Part shown: piece by piece, positions 27,701 through 37,981 of the stretch
How the letters are laid out: every line of letters begins with the position of its first letter
Numbering within the stretch: position 1 is the first letter of the stretch
Assembly: GCA_036229005.1 (NCBI GenBank)
Contig: JAZAMN010000050.1
Location: 42,998 to 106,997 of the forward strand
DNA length: 64,000 bases
Origin: Myxococcota bacterium
GTDB lineage: Bacteria; Myxococcota_A; UBA796; CAJQPC01
Direction of reading: 5' to 3'
Made by a program: the position numbers and the translations under genes
Notes under the pieces: generated by a model
What the model was told of the DNA's origin: nothing
The model's input: the letters and a program-made list of their open reading frames with translations, nothing else
Databases searched by the model: none

Positions 27701-29157
27701 GCCCCGACTGGCTGGCCGGCTGGCCGCTGCTGCCCCTGTCCGGGATGCTGCTCGGGGGGCTCTGGCGGCAGCGGGCGCTGATCCGGGACGGGCGCTTCTG
27801 GGCGGTGGTGGGGCTCGCGCTCCTGGTGTCCGCTGTGGTGATGCCCCTGGGGCGGCACATCTTCGACGGGCACGAGGCCGAGTATCTGGACATCGCGCTG
27901 GGAAGGCAGCCCCTGGACGGGGGCAACACCTACCGGCTGCCGGCGATGCAGTGGCTCTACCGGGGCCTGGGGACCGTGCTGCCCTTCCCATGGGCCCTGC
28001 AGGGCTTCGTGCTCCTGTGCACGGCGCTGGGTGTGGGGGCCGCCAGCTCCACCGCTGCGCGGCTGGTCTCCGCTCGGGTGGGGTGGGCGACGGGGATCAC
28101 CTTGGCGCTGTGGGGGAACCTCGCCGCCTGGTCCAGCTCGATCTACAACGTGGCGTTGCCCTGGGCGCTGGGGAGTGTGGCGCTGTGGGGGCTCTCCCTG
28201 GTCCTGGACCCGGAGGAGGACGCGCTCGGGGGAGCCCTGGTCGCTGGGGGCGCGGCCGGGCTGGCGGTCTGCTTCCGTGTCGAGGCCCTGCTGCTCGCGC
28301 CGGTGGGGGGGCTGCTGCTGTTGACCCACGGGTGTCCTCGCTGGCGCCACTGGGGGTTGCCCCTGTTTGTGGGGCTGGGCATCGCGGGGGTGAGCACCTG
28401 GGTGCTGCTGTCCGCGGGGCTGGCCCCGGGCAGCGGCGAGCGGCCCTTGAGCCTCTACAACAACATGGCCTTGTTCATCTACTTCGAGCCCTTCCAGCGC
28501 CCGTGGGTGCTGCCCGGTGTCCTGGTGGGCCTGGGGATCGGGCTCTGGGAGCGCTGGCGTGTCTACCTCCCGCTGGCCCTGGGCGTGGTGCTGCTCCACT
28601 GCGTGATGGCCAGCTTCAACGACTACGCCACCCGGCACGTTTTGAACGCGGGGCTGGCCCTGAGCATGTGCCTCGGCGCCCTCTCGCTGCGGCGCTGGGC
28701 CTGGCCTCTCTTGTTGGTGGCTGGGGTGGGCCTGCTCGTCTCGCTGGGGGATTTGCGCCACCGTTTCTATGCGGAGGAGGAGCTGCTCGCGCAGGAGCTG
28801 GATCCACACCTCCCGGTCATCGGAGTGGACGAACTGGACCCTGGCTGCGCCCTCATCTGCGAGGACACGCGGGTGGTGCCGGAGGGGGAGCAGCGCTCGC
28901 ATTTCAACCTCTTGGACCCGCAGCAGGTGCGCCAGATGAACGACCAGCAGGGCTGCGTGCTCTGGCTCTACGGGGTGCAGGACCATCGGTGGTCCTCCCG
29001 GGCCGTGCGGGACCGCGCGCTGCGCATCGAGCGGCTCTACGAGACGGAGCCGGTGGCCGTGGTGATGGAACCAGAAGGCGGCTACGTTGCTCTGGTGATG
29101 CGTGTGGGTCAGCGCAACAAGTGGCCGCGGGCAACCCCGGTGCGCAAGATCCCTTGA
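27697..29157 (+). CDS. Polytopic membrane protein, possibly a second GT-C-like transferase
   Basis: ATGA overlap. Acidic first loop FDGHEAEY, roughly 12 TMs, conserved-looking FRVE and TRH, and a soluble C-terminal domain. Confidence 0.5.
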   Translation: MSPDWLAGWPLLPLSGMLLGGLWRQRALIRDGRFWAVVGLALLVSAVVMPLGRHIFDGHEAEYLDIALGRQPLDGGNTYRLPAMQWLYRGLGTVLPFPWALQGFVLLCTALGVGAASSTAARLVSARVGWATGITLALWGNLAAWSSSIYNVALPWALGSVALWGLSLVLDPEEDALGGALVAGGAAGLAVCFRVEALLLAPVGGLLLLTHGCPRWRHWGLPLFVGLGIAGVSTWVLLSAGLAPGSGERPLSLYNNMALFIYFEPFQRPWVLPGVLVGLGIGLWERWRVYLPLALGVVLLHCVMASFNDYATRHVLNAGLALSMCLGALSLRRWAWPLLLVAGVGLLVSLGDLRHRFYAEEELLAQELDPHLPVIGVDELDPGCALICEDTRVVPEGEQRSHFNLLDPQQVRQMNDQQGCVLWLYGVQDHRWSSRAVRDRALRIERLYETEPVAVVMEPEGGYVALVMRVGQRNKWPRATPVRKIP

Positions 29158-29169
29158 GTCCAGAGGCAG

Positions 29170-32130
29170 ATGTCGGACCCGACTCACATCCTTGAAGCTC
29201 TGCGGGCGCTCTCTCGGCGAGAGCGGCTCTTTGTGGCTGCGCGCGTGGGGCTCGCTTTGCTGGCGGCGCTGCTCCTGCTCTGGCTGGGGGCGATGGGAGC
29301 TGCCGCGGCTGGGCTCTCGCGCTGGGTGACCCGGTTCGCGCTGCTGATTCCTTTGCTGAGCGGGGTCGGGTTGGCCGCGGCCCTGCTGCTACGGCGCTGG
29401 CGGCTCGCCGGCGATGTGGTGCACCAGGCCCAGGCGGTCGAGGCGGTGAGGCCCCAACTCCGGGGATTGATCACGCCCCTGGCCGAGCACCCCCTGGGGC
29501 CCGAGCCCGGGCAGAGCGCGTCCATCTTCGGGCTGCTGGTCGAGAACGTCCAACAGGGCCTGCGGCAGGTCTCTGTGCGGGCCGTCCACCCGCCAAGGCT
29601 GGGGCTCCCCATCGGCGGTCTGGCGCTCGCGCTGCTGGCCTTCGTGGTCGGTGCGGTGCTCTCGCCGCTGAGCCCGGCGCAGACCCTGGCGTGGCTGGCT
29701 GGCGGTCGCGTTCAGTGGCTGGCGGAGCAGGATCTGGACGCCCTGCAGGACGCCCAGAAGGTCCGGGTTGGCGATCTGTCGCTGCGCTACGAGTACCCGG
29801 CCTACACCCGGCTCCCTCCGCTGGAGGTGCCCAACGCCAGCGGCGAGATCCACGGTCCGCCGGGGACGCGGGTGCAGATCTCAGCGCGCACCGACGAGCG
29901 CTACGACAGCGTGCTGGTGCAGTCCTACGATCTGCCGCCCCAGGAGGCGGTACTCACGGACCGCAGCTTCCAGGGGGAGCTGGTGATCCTGGAGGACGGG
30001 AGCTGGCGGGCGGTGTTCCAGCGGGGCGCGGAGGTGCAGAGCACTCGGGAGTTCGCCATCGTCTCCGAGTCCGATGACGCGCCCGTGGTCGAGCTGCTGG
30101 CCGAGGGCCGCGGGATCGAGGTGGAGCTGGATGACCCCATCGTGGTGGAGTGGAGCGCGCGGGACGACTTCGGCATCAGCCAGGTCTACCTGGAGGGCAA
30201 CAAGCGTCAGTTGGAGCTGCTCGCGGCCCCAGTGGGGGAGCCCGCCGAGCTCAAGGACCGCGTCGAGACGACCGCCAAGGAGCTGGGGCTGCGGCCCGGT
30301 TCGGAGACCGCCCTGCGCGTGGTCGCCGTGGACAACGACGGCGTCGCCCTCCAGAAAGCCGGCTACAGCCGGGTCTTCATGGTCCGGGTCAAGGGGGAGG
30401 GGCAGCAGGAGCAGCGGCAGCAGGTGGCCTACCGCAAGGAACTGCGGGACGCCCTGGTGCAGGTGCTGGGCCCCTACAAGCGGGACCCCCGGACCTTGGC
30501 GTCTGACCGCGCGGAGCTCGGGAGCTGGGCCCGCGAGGCCTCCGAGCGCTTCGGCCCCCTCAACACCTTGGTCGCCACCCGCTGGGAGGGCGACGACCTG
30601 CGCACCCTGGAGGGCCGCATCATCGAGGAGGTCCAGTACGAGGGCCAGGAGCTGCTGCGCTTCGCCATGGAGCTGTCCGTGGGCGAGGGGCCGCTCGACC
30701 CTCAGGACCTGGAGTCGGTGCATGCCCGCCACGAGGGGCTGATGGCGGTGATGGAGACCTACGTGCTCATGCTGGACCGCATCGTGCGCTACCAGGGCAT
30801 GGGGCTGCTCAAGGAGCAGGTCCAGCAGATGGAGCGGACGGCCTTCCAGGCGGCGACCGCGGCGGAGCTGGCAGACGCCGAGGGGCTGACCGCGAGCCGG
30901 GAGGCCCTCAGCGCGCAGGTGACCGAGCTCAAGGAGCTCGCGCTGGAGGTTGACAACGGCACCGTGGCCGGCATGGTCCACCAGACCACCGGGGACCTGG
31001 AGCAGCTCCTGGAGGCCGCGGAGCGGGCGCAGTCCGCGGGGGACCTGGAGCGGGCAGGGGAGCTGATGGAGTGGGCGCAGCAGGAGCTCGAGCGCTTGCG
31101 GCGCAACCTCGAGAGCTGGCAGCAGGCCCTCCAGGAGATGAACGAGGGCGAGAGCGAGGCGCTGCGCAAGCTGATCGAGGAGCTGGAGCGCATCGAGGCT
31201 GAGGAGCGCGCCCTGCTGTCCGAGACCCAGGGGCTGCGCGCCGCTCAGGGCGTGGATGACGCGGACTGGAGCGCAACCTGGGACGAGCTGGCCAAGCTGG
31301 CGGCCTCCGCCAGGAGGCGGGCGGAGCAGGCCAAGGCGCAGACCAAGAACGCGAGCGGGCATGAGCAGCGCTCCCTGGATGCGGCGATCCAGGCCGCCAT
31401 TCGGCTGGAGGAGGCCATCGCGGCGCGGGATGTGCGGGGGGCTCAGGTAGCCTCGGCGGCGGCCCGCAGGCAGCTCCAGGACGCCGGCATGTCCATGCGC
31501 TTCTACCAGCGGCCGCAGTCGCGGGTCAGCAGCCTGGAGACCGCCTCGGAGGAGGCCTGGGAGGTGCGCCTGCGCCTGGACGCCCTGGACCGGCGCACCC
31601 AGCAGGGCAACCCTGGCCTGGCCAAGGCGCTGGGCCAGAAGGTGGCCACCCAGGACGGACTGCGGGAGGACACCGAGAAGACCCAGCCCGTCGCGGCGGA
31701 GCTGGCCGGCAAGCTGCCCGGTGGGGCCCCCGGGCTCGAAGAGAACCTGGACGCGGCGGTCCGGGAGATGGCCAAGGCCGAGGACGCGCTGGTGGAGGGC
31801 CTGCCCCTGGCCGCGGAGGGCGCCGAGGAGGCCGCGGCCGACCGGATCCGCCTGGCTCTGGAGTCCCTGCAGCAGTCCGCTGCGGCCAGCGCGCAGACGG
31901 GCGCCGAGATGGGGGGAAGCTCCGAGGGGCAGGGCGGAGAGCCCGACGGCAGCGGCTCCGGGGAGGCCTTCGGTGGGGAGCCCAACCCCATCATGGAGCT
32001 GCCAGAGCCCGAGCGGGATGTGGACATCGCCCGCTACCGGCGGGAGCTGATGCAGGGCATGGAGGGGGACGTCCCCGACGAGTACGAGGCGCTCAAGCGG
32101 AGGTACTATGAAGAGCTCGTCCGCCAGTAG
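29170..32130 (+). CDS. DUF4175-like membrane-anchored coiled-coil protein
   Basis: N-terminal TMs, YPAYT, DDAPVV, ARDDFGI, long coiled coils and C-terminal PDEYEALKRRYYEEL. Confidence 0.75.
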   Translation: MSDPTHILEALRALSRRERLFVAARVGLALLAALLLLWLGAMGAAAAGLSRWVTRFALLIPLLSGVGLAAALLLRRWRLAGDVVHQAQAVEAVRPQLRGLITPLAEHPLGPEPGQSASIFGLLVENVQQGLRQVSVRAVHPPRLGLPIGGLALALLAFVVGAVLSPLSPAQTLAWLAGGRVQWLAEQDLDALQDAQKVRVGDLSLRYEYPAYTRLPPLEVPNASGEIHGPPGTRVQISARTDERYDSVLVQSYDLPPQEAVLTDRSFQGELVILEDGSWRAVFQRGAEVQSTREFAIVSESDDAPVVELLAEGRGIEVELDDPIVVEWSARDDFGISQVYLEGNKRQLELLAAPVGEPAELKDRVETTAKELGLRPGSETALRVVAVDNDGVALQKAGYSRVFMVRVKGEGQQEQRQQVAYRKELRDALVQVLGPYKRDPRTLASDRAELGSWAREASERFGPLNTLVATRWEGDDLRTLEGRIIEEVQYEGQELLRFAMELSVGEGPLDPQDLESVHARHEGLMAVMETYVLMLDRIVRYQGMGLLKEQVQQMERTAFQAATAAELADAEGLTASREALSAQVTELKELALEVDNGTVAGMVHQTTGDLEQLLEAAERAQSAGDLERAGELMEWAQQELERLRRNLESWQQALQEMNEGESEALRKLIEELERIEAEERALLSETQGLRAAQGVDDADWSATWDELAKLAASARRRAEQAKAQTKNASGHEQRSLDAAIQAAIRLEEAIAARDVRGAQVASAAARRQLQDAGMSMRFYQRPQSRVSSLETASEEAWEVRLRLDALDRRTQQGNPGLAKALGQKVATQDGLREDTEKTQPVAAELAGKLPGGAPGLEENLDAAVREMAKAEDALVEGLPLAAEGAEEAAADRIRLALESLQQSAAASAQTGAEMGGSSEGQGGEPDGSGSGEAFGGEPNPIMELPEPERDVDIARYRRELMQGMEGDVPDEYEALKRRYYEELVRQ

Positions 32131-33907
32131 GGGGCTGCTGCGCGCTCTGGCCCTCGCCCTGCTCTTTGCGGGCGGTGGGGTCGCCCGCGCAGCGGATCTG
32201 GAGAGGGGATTCCAGTGCCTCGCCTGGACCGACCTGCCCTGCGCGGTGGAGGAGGCCAAGGGGGCTGACGGTACAGTGACCGGCACCCTGCTGCAGGCCC
32301 GCGTCGCCTTCCACCAAGGAGACTTCGAGCAGGCCGTGGCGCTCTCGGGGAGCGTGCTGGATCGCGCTGCCGAGGTGGACCTGGAGGCGGTGGACCCCGT
32401 TGTCCCACCGCGCATCGGCTTGGATCTGGAGAGCCTCTCGGGTGGCCGCCTCGCGCGCTACCGCAGCATCGGGGTGGAGATCCCGCAGGCCGGCGGCGAC
32501 GAGCCCCCCAAGGTCACCCTCCAGCAGGACCGCAGCCCCGAGGAGGACTTCGAGCTGCTGCGCGCCTGGATGGAGGAGCAGCACGGGCTCTATCTGGCGT
32601 CCCTGGAGTCGTCGGATGGGCTTGTGGTCACGCAGTACGGCCCGGTCGAGGTCCTGCACCACCCCGGCATCGAGCGCATCCTGGTGCTCCAGGCGGCCGA
32701 GGCCATCACGCTGGCCCGCGAGCGCATCGCCCCGCTGTTGGGAGGCCCCGTCCCCGGGACCGTGCGGGTGGAGATCTACCCGGATCGCTCGGACTTCATC
32801 GCTGCGACGGGCATGCCCGCGGGCTCGGTGAACACCACGGGGGTCGTCGCGATCTCCAAGTGGAACCGGCTGTTGCTGCTCTCGCCGCGGGCGCTGGGGG
32901 ACGGCTACGGCTGGCGCGACACGCTGGTCCACGAGTGGATCCACATGGTGGTCAGCTACCACGCCAAGGACCGCGCCCCGATCTGGCTCCAGGAGGGCCT
33001 GGCCAAGGGCACGGAGATGCTCTGGCGGCAGGACGGGTTCTCGCTGGAGATCTCCAAGCAGTCGCTGCTCGCGGGGGCCCTCAAGACCGACCAATGGGTG
33101 ACCTTCGAGCAGATGCACCCGTCCATGGCCTACCTGCCCTCCGCGGAGATGGCGGGGCTGGCCTACGCCGAGGTCGCGACCATGGTCGAATACCTGCAGC
33201 TCCAGACCGACCGGCAGGTACTCACGCGGGTCATCGCGCGGGTGCGCAAGGGGGAGGACGCCCAGGACGCGGTCGCGAACGAGGCCAACGGCGGCGACTT
33301 TCAGGCCTTCTGGGAGGGCTGGAAGGGGTGGCTGCGCACCCTGGACCTGGTCGGCGAGAAGGTCGCGCTGAGCGCCGTCGGGGAGCACATGGAGGGTGCG
33401 CCGGACGCCATCGGCGGCGAGGGCTCCGAGGACGTGGGCTACGACCCCGTGCTCTCGCGGCGCAAGGACCTGGCCAACCGGGCCCGCCTGGGCGAACTCA
33501 TGGCCGAGCAGGGGGACCACGCCGCCGCCATCCTGTACTTCCAGGAGGCCATGCCCGAGGGAGAGCCCGCCAGCCCCGCTGTGGTCGCCTCGCTCGCCGA
33601 GAGCCTGATCGTCCTGGAGCGGGAGCAGGAGGCGCTGGATCTCTTGCGTGAGAACCTCCGGTACTACCCCGAAGAATCCCGGACCCAGACACTCGCTGGC
33701 GATCTGTTGTCCAAGCGAGGACAGACTGAGCAGGCCCTGGCGGCCTACGAGGCTGCGGCCGAAGTGAACCCCTTTGACGTCCACGTGCAGCGCTCCCTGA
33801 TGGGCCTGTACAAGCAGAGCGGAGCGCGGGAGGACGCCGCGGCGACCGCGCTGGTGCTGGACATCCTGACCTACCGAGAGCTGGATTCCAGCGTGGAGAG
33901 CCGTTGA
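32108..33907 (+). CDS. Exported peptidase MA-like zinc metallopeptidase with TPRs
   Basis: Signal peptide, HEWIH...WLQEGLA (gluzincin), LAYAE and C-terminal TPRs. Confidence 0.8.
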   Translation: MKSSSASRGLLRALALALLFAGGGVARAADLERGFQCLAWTDLPCAVEEAKGADGTVTGTLLQARVAFHQGDFEQAVALSGSVLDRAAEVDLEAVDPVVPPRIGLDLESLSGGRLARYRSIGVEIPQAGGDEPPKVTLQQDRSPEEDFELLRAWMEEQHGLYLASLESSDGLVVTQYGPVEVLHHPGIERILVLQAAEAITLARERIAPLLGGPVPGTVRVEIYPDRSDFIAATGMPAGSVNTTGVVAISKWNRLLLLSPRALGDGYGWRDTLVHEWIHMVVSYHAKDRAPIWLQEGLAKGTEMLWRQDGFSLEISKQSLLAGALKTDQWVTFEQMHPSMAYLPSAEMAGLAYAEVATMVEYLQLQTDRQVLTRVIARVRKGEDAQDAVANEANGGDFQAFWEGWKGWLRTLDLVGEKVALSAVGEHMEGAPDAIGGEGSEDVGYDPVLSRRKDLANRARLGELMAEQGDHAAAILYFQEAMPEGEPASPAVVASLAESLIVLEREQEALDLLRENLRYYPEESRTQTLAGDLLSKRGQTEQALAAYEAAAEVNPFDVHVQRSLMGLYKQSGAREDAAATALVLDILTYRELDSSVESR

Positions 33908-34929
33908 TGGAGAGCGCACCTTTGAGCCCCGGGGCCATGGACGACGCGCAGGTGCTGGCCGAGATCAAGGCCACCCGCGAGCGCCTGCTGGAGCAGATCG
34001 GCAAGGTCGTCGTGGGGCAGCAGCGCGTGGTGGAGCTGATGCTGACGGCGCTGTTCGCGCAGGGCCACTGCCTGTTCGTGGGCGTGCCCGGCCTGGCCAA
34101 GACCCTGCTGGTGTCCACGACCGCGCAGGCGCTGGGGCTGGAGTTCAACCGCATCCAGTTCACCCCGGACCTGATGCCGGCGGACATCACGGGCACCGAG
34201 ATCCTGGAGGAGGACCGCAGCACCGGGCAGCGCAAGATGCGCTTTCTGCAGGGCCCCGTGTTCACGAACCTGCTGCTGGCCGACGAGATCAACCGAACCC
34301 CGCCCAAGACCCAGGCCGCGCTGCTGCAGGCCATGCAGGAGCGCGTGGTCAGCGTCGGCGGGCGGCACCTGCCGCTGGAGGCGCCCTTCCAGGTCTTCGC
34401 CACCCAGAACCCCATCGAGCAGGAGGGCACCTACCCCCTGCCCGAGGCCCAGCTCGACCGCTTCATGCTGAGCATCCACGTGGGCTACCCCACGGAGGAG
34501 GAGGAGCGCGAGATCGTGCGCCGGACCACGATGGGGGCCATGGCGAGCGTCCAGGCCGTGGTCTCCCAGACCCTGCTGCTGCGCATGCAGGAGGTGGTGC
34601 GGAAGGTGGAGGTCGGCTCGCCGGTGATCGATGCGGCCGTGCGTCTGGCGCGCGCCACCCGCCCCGGACCCGAGGCGCCTGCCGCCACCCGCCAGTGGGT
34701 GCAGTGGGGGGCGGGGCCGCGGGCCAGCCAGTACCTCGTGCTCGGCGCGAAGGCCTGGGCCGCCATGCAGCGGGGCGCAGGTCCAGAGGGTGGGGCCGCC
34801 CGGGTCGAAGACCTCAAGGCCGTCGCGGAGGCCGTGCTGCAGCACCGCGTGCTCCTGAACTTCCAGGCCGAGGCCGCCGGCGTGAAGCCCGCCAAGGTCA
34901 TCTCCGAGCTGGTGAGCGAGCTGCTGTGA
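33907..34929 (+). CDS. MoxR family AAA+ ATPase
   Basis: GVPGLAKT, RIQFTPDLMPADITG, LADEINRTPPKTQAALL and ATQNPIEQEGTYPLPEAQLDRF. Confidence 0.95.
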   Translation: MESAPLSPGAMDDAQVLAEIKATRERLLEQIGKVVVGQQRVVELMLTALFAQGHCLFVGVPGLAKTLLVSTTAQALGLEFNRIQFTPDLMPADITGTEILEEDRSTGQRKMRFLQGPVFTNLLLADEINRTPPKTQAALLQAMQERVVSVGGRHLPLEAPFQVFATQNPIEQEGTYPLPEAQLDRFMLSIHVGYPTEEEEREIVRRTTMGAMASVQAVVSQTLLLRMQEVVRKVEVGSPVIDAAVRLARATRPGPEAPAATRQWVQWGAGPRASQYLVLGAKAWAAMQRGAGPEGGAARVEDLKAVAEAVLQHRVLLNFQAEAAGVKPAKVISELVSELL

Positions 34930-35930
34930 GCCCCAGCGCCGACCAAAGCGCCGTGCTCTGGGACGCAGAGACCCTCGCCCGGATCCGGACCCTGCAGCTC
35001 GTCGCCCGCCAGACGGTGGACGGCCTGCTGCTGGGTGACCATCGCAGCCGGCGGGTTGGCGCCAGCGTGGAGTTCGCGGACTACCAGACCTACCAGCCCG
35101 GAGACGACCTGCGGCACCTGGACTGGAAGGTCCTGGGGCGCAGCGACCGCCTGGTCACGCGCCGTTACCAGCTCGAGACCGAGTGGCCTTGCATGATCGT
35201 GCTGGACGCCTCCGGGGACCTCTCCACCGGCGGGGGGCAGGGGCCTCGGCAGCGCCGCTGGCTCTCGCGTCTGTTCGGCAACGAGCAGCCCAAGCCCCGG
35301 CCGGAGCTCGACGGCACCAAGTTCGGGTTCTCCGTGAAGCTCGCCGCGAGCCTCGCGTGGGCGATGGTGCGGCGGAACGAGCCCGTGGGGCTCTGCGTGC
35401 TGGGCGGGGAGACCCAGGGCGACCGCCTGCTGCTCCCCAAGCAGGGGCGGAGCCAGCTCGCGCGCATCGTGGGCACCCTGGCCGACCTCCGGCCCGCGGG
35501 GGAGGCCGATCTGGCGGAGGGCCTCGCCGCGGTGGGGCCTCGGATACGCAGCCGCTCCCTGGTGGCCTTGGTCTCGGACTTCATGGAGGAGCCCGGGGAC
35601 TGGGGCCCCTCGCTCCTCGCTCTCGCCAAGAGGCGCTGTGATCTGGCGGCCTTCCACGTGGTGGATCGGCAGGAGATGGAGCTGGACTTTGACCAGCCCG
35701 CCCTCTTCTTCTCCCCGGAGGGCGGTGAGCCCCTGCAGATCGACCCCCAAGGGGCGCAGCGGGAGTTCGCCGAGGTCCGGGACGCCTGGCTGCTCGAGGT
35801 CGAGCGGAGCCTGCGGGGTCACCGCGCGCGCTACTACCCCTGCCTGACCGAGCGCGGCCTCGACGCCCCGCTGCGCGCCCTCTTCCAGGGCAACCCGGGC
35901 CAGCCCTTGAGCCTGGAGCGGCCCGCGTGA
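34926..35930 (+). CDS. DUF58 domain protein (MoxR-associated)
   Basis: GDHRSRRVGASVEFADYQTYQPGDDLRHLDWK, LDASG and VSDF. GTGA overlap. Confidence 0.9.
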   Translation: MSPSADQSAVLWDAETLARIRTLQLVARQTVDGLLLGDHRSRRVGASVEFADYQTYQPGDDLRHLDWKVLGRSDRLVTRRYQLETEWPCMIVLDASGDLSTGGGQGPRQRRWLSRLFGNEQPKPRPELDGTKFGFSVKLAASLAWAMVRRNEPVGLCVLGGETQGDRLLLPKQGRSQLARIVGTLADLRPAGEADLAEGLAAVGPRIRSRSLVALVSDFMEEPGDWGPSLLALAKRRCDLAAFHVVDRQEMELDFDQPALFFSPEGGEPLQIDPQGAQREFAEVRDAWLLEVERSLRGHRARYYPCLTERGLDAPLRALFQGNPGQPLSLERPA

Positions 35931-37981
35931 GCTTCGCCTTCGCCGCCCCCCTCGCGCTGCTCCTTGGCGCGCTGATCGCGGGCCCCATCCTGGCGCACCT
36001 CAGCCAGCGCAGACCGGAGCAGCGGCAGGCCTTCGGGGCCATGCTCCTGCTGCGTAGGCTGGTCAAGCGCCTTGAGAAGCGCCGGCGGATCCGGGAGCTG
36101 CTCCTGCTCCTGCTGAGGGTGCTGGCGGTGCTCGCGATGGTCCTGGCGGTGGCGCGCCCCGAGCTGAGGGTGCCCGGCGCGTCTCCGGTGTTCGGGGGCA
36201 AGGGGCCGGTGGTGCTGGTGCTGGACGACTCCATGTCCATGGCCCAGACCAGCGGAGGCCGTACGCTGATGGCGCGGGCCCGGAAGGACGCCCTGGATGT
36301 GCTGGGCGACCTGCCACCGGGGACGCCGGTGGGGCTGGTGACCTTGGGCGGAAGGGCCCAGTCCCTGAGCGCCGAGATGAGCACCGACCACGCCCAGATC
36401 CGCGCCGCCATCGAGGCCACGGACGCCGGCTATGGGCGCACCGATCTGGTGGGCGGGCTGCACCAGGCCCGGGCGCTTCTGGGAGGCCTCCCTGGTGAGG
36501 TCCTCGTGTTCACGGATCAGGCGGGTCCCGGGGTCGTGGAGGCCTCCCAGGTGGAGATCCAGGCGCTGGTGGACCGGGGGAGCGCTGTCATCCCGCGCGT
36601 GGTGCAGGCAAAGCCGCCGGTCAACGTGGTGCCCCTCTCCGCGACCTACGGAGATGGCTTGGAGGGCGGCTCGGTCCGTGTCGAGCTCGCCAACTTCGGG
36701 CCCGAGGAGGTCGAGGTCCCGGTCACCCTGGAGCTTCCAGACCGCTCTGAGATCACGGCCTTCACCACCGTGCCGGCAGAGGGGCGCACCAGCGAGGTCT
36801 TCACGGTGCCGCTCACCGTCCCTGGGGGCGTCGCTGCCGTGCAGGTGGATGATCCTGGGCTGGCGCTGGACGACCGGCGCTCCTTCCACCTGCCGCGGGT
36901 CGGGGCTTCGCGGGTGCTCGTCGTGGACGGCGATCCCGGCCGCACCCCCTTCGAGTCGGAGGTCTACTTCCTGGAGCGCGCCCTGGCCCCTTGGGGCGGG
37001 GTGTCCGGAGGCCTGGTGCCCGAGGTCGTGTCCCCTGCTGGCCTGCGCCGCCTGGAGCAGGACACCCACCAGGTCGTGTTCCTGGCCAACGTCGAGGACG
37101 TCGGGCCCTTCGCCGGTACCCTCCAGGAGTTCGTGCAGGAGGGCGGCTCCGTCGTGATCTCCGTGGGCAAGAACGTCAGCGCCCAGCGCTACAACCAGAC
37201 CCTCTCCGGCCTGCTCCCCGCGCCTCTGCGCAAGCCCGTGGACCTTGCCCAGGCTGACGGCGTGCGTCTGCAGACCCCCGACACCAGCCTGCCCCTCTTC
37301 GCGCCCTTCGCCCGGGGCGGGGCCGCTGGTTTCACGCAGATGCGGGCCTTCCGGGTGTTCACCCTGGAGCCCTTCCAGGAGAGCGACACGCTGCGCGTGC
37401 TCCTGCGCTGGGAGGACGGCAACCCCGCGCTGGTCGAGCGCCGAGTGGGGCAGGGCAGGGTGCTGCTCTGGACCACCAGCATCGACTACGACGACAACTG
37501 GTCCCACGCCGCGGTGGAGGCCGTGTTCATGCCCTTCATCCAGCGGCTGGTGCGCACCCTGGGCGCCAGCGGGGAGGGCGTCGCGCTGCGGGCCGAGGGC
37601 TTCGTGGACGAGCCCATCCAGTTGGAGCTGCCCCCGGGCGCGCTGGAGCCCCAGGTCACTGGACCGGACGGTCAGCGGGTGGAGAGTCGCCTGCAGCGGG
37701 GGGCCCAGACCCTGCTGTCCTTCACGCCCACCCTGCCGGGCGCCCACGAGATCGGCCAGCCGGAGCAGCCCCCCATCGCCCAGGTGGCGGTCAACGTGGC
37801 CCCCGAGGAGTCCGACGTGCGCGTGAGCGGCAGCATCGCCGAGGTGGAGCGCCAGGCCGACCCCGAGTTGCTCACCCGCTCCATCGTGCTGGGGCCATGG
37901 ATGCTGTGGCTCGCGTTCGCAGCCCTGCTGGGCCAGGCCGCCCTCTCCGCCCGCCCCCAAGCCGATCTGGAGGACGCATGA
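35927..37981 (+). CDS. BatA-like/VWA domain membrane protein
   Basis: MSFAFAAP...PILAHL, LLLLLRVLA...ARP, DDSMSM (MIDAS), FTD, and a C-terminal TM. Confidence 0.85.
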   Translation: MSFAFAAPLALLLGALIAGPILAHLSQRRPEQRQAFGAMLLLRRLVKRLEKRRRIRELLLLLLRVLAVLAMVLAVARPELRVPGASPVFGGKGPVVLVLDDSMSMAQTSGGRTLMARARKDALDVLGDLPPGTPVGLVTLGGRAQSLSAEMSTDHAQIRAAIEATDAGYGRTDLVGGLHQARALLGGLPGEVLVFTDQAGPGVVEASQVEIQALVDRGSAVIPRVVQAKPPVNVVPLSATYGDGLEGGSVRVELANFGPEEVEVPVTLELPDRSEITAFTTVPAEGRTSEVFTVPLTVPGGVAAVQVDDPGLALDDRRSFHLPRVGASRVLVVDGDPGRTPFESEVYFLERALAPWGGVSGGLVPEVVSPAGLRRLEQDTHQVVFLANVEDVGPFAGTLQEFVQEGGSVVISVGKNVSAQRYNQTLSGLLPAPLRKPVDLAQADGVRLQTPDTSLPLFAPFARGGAAGFTQMRAFRVFTLEPFQESDTLRVLLRWEDGNPALVERRVGQGRVLLWTTSIDYDDNWSHAAVEAVFMPFIQRLVRTLGASGEGVALRAEGFVDEPIQLELPPGALEPQVTGPDGQRVESRLQRGAQTLLSFTPTLPGAHEIGQPEQPPIAQVAVNVAPEESDVRVSGSIAEVERQADPELLTRSIVLGPWMLWLAFAALLGQAALSARPQADLEDA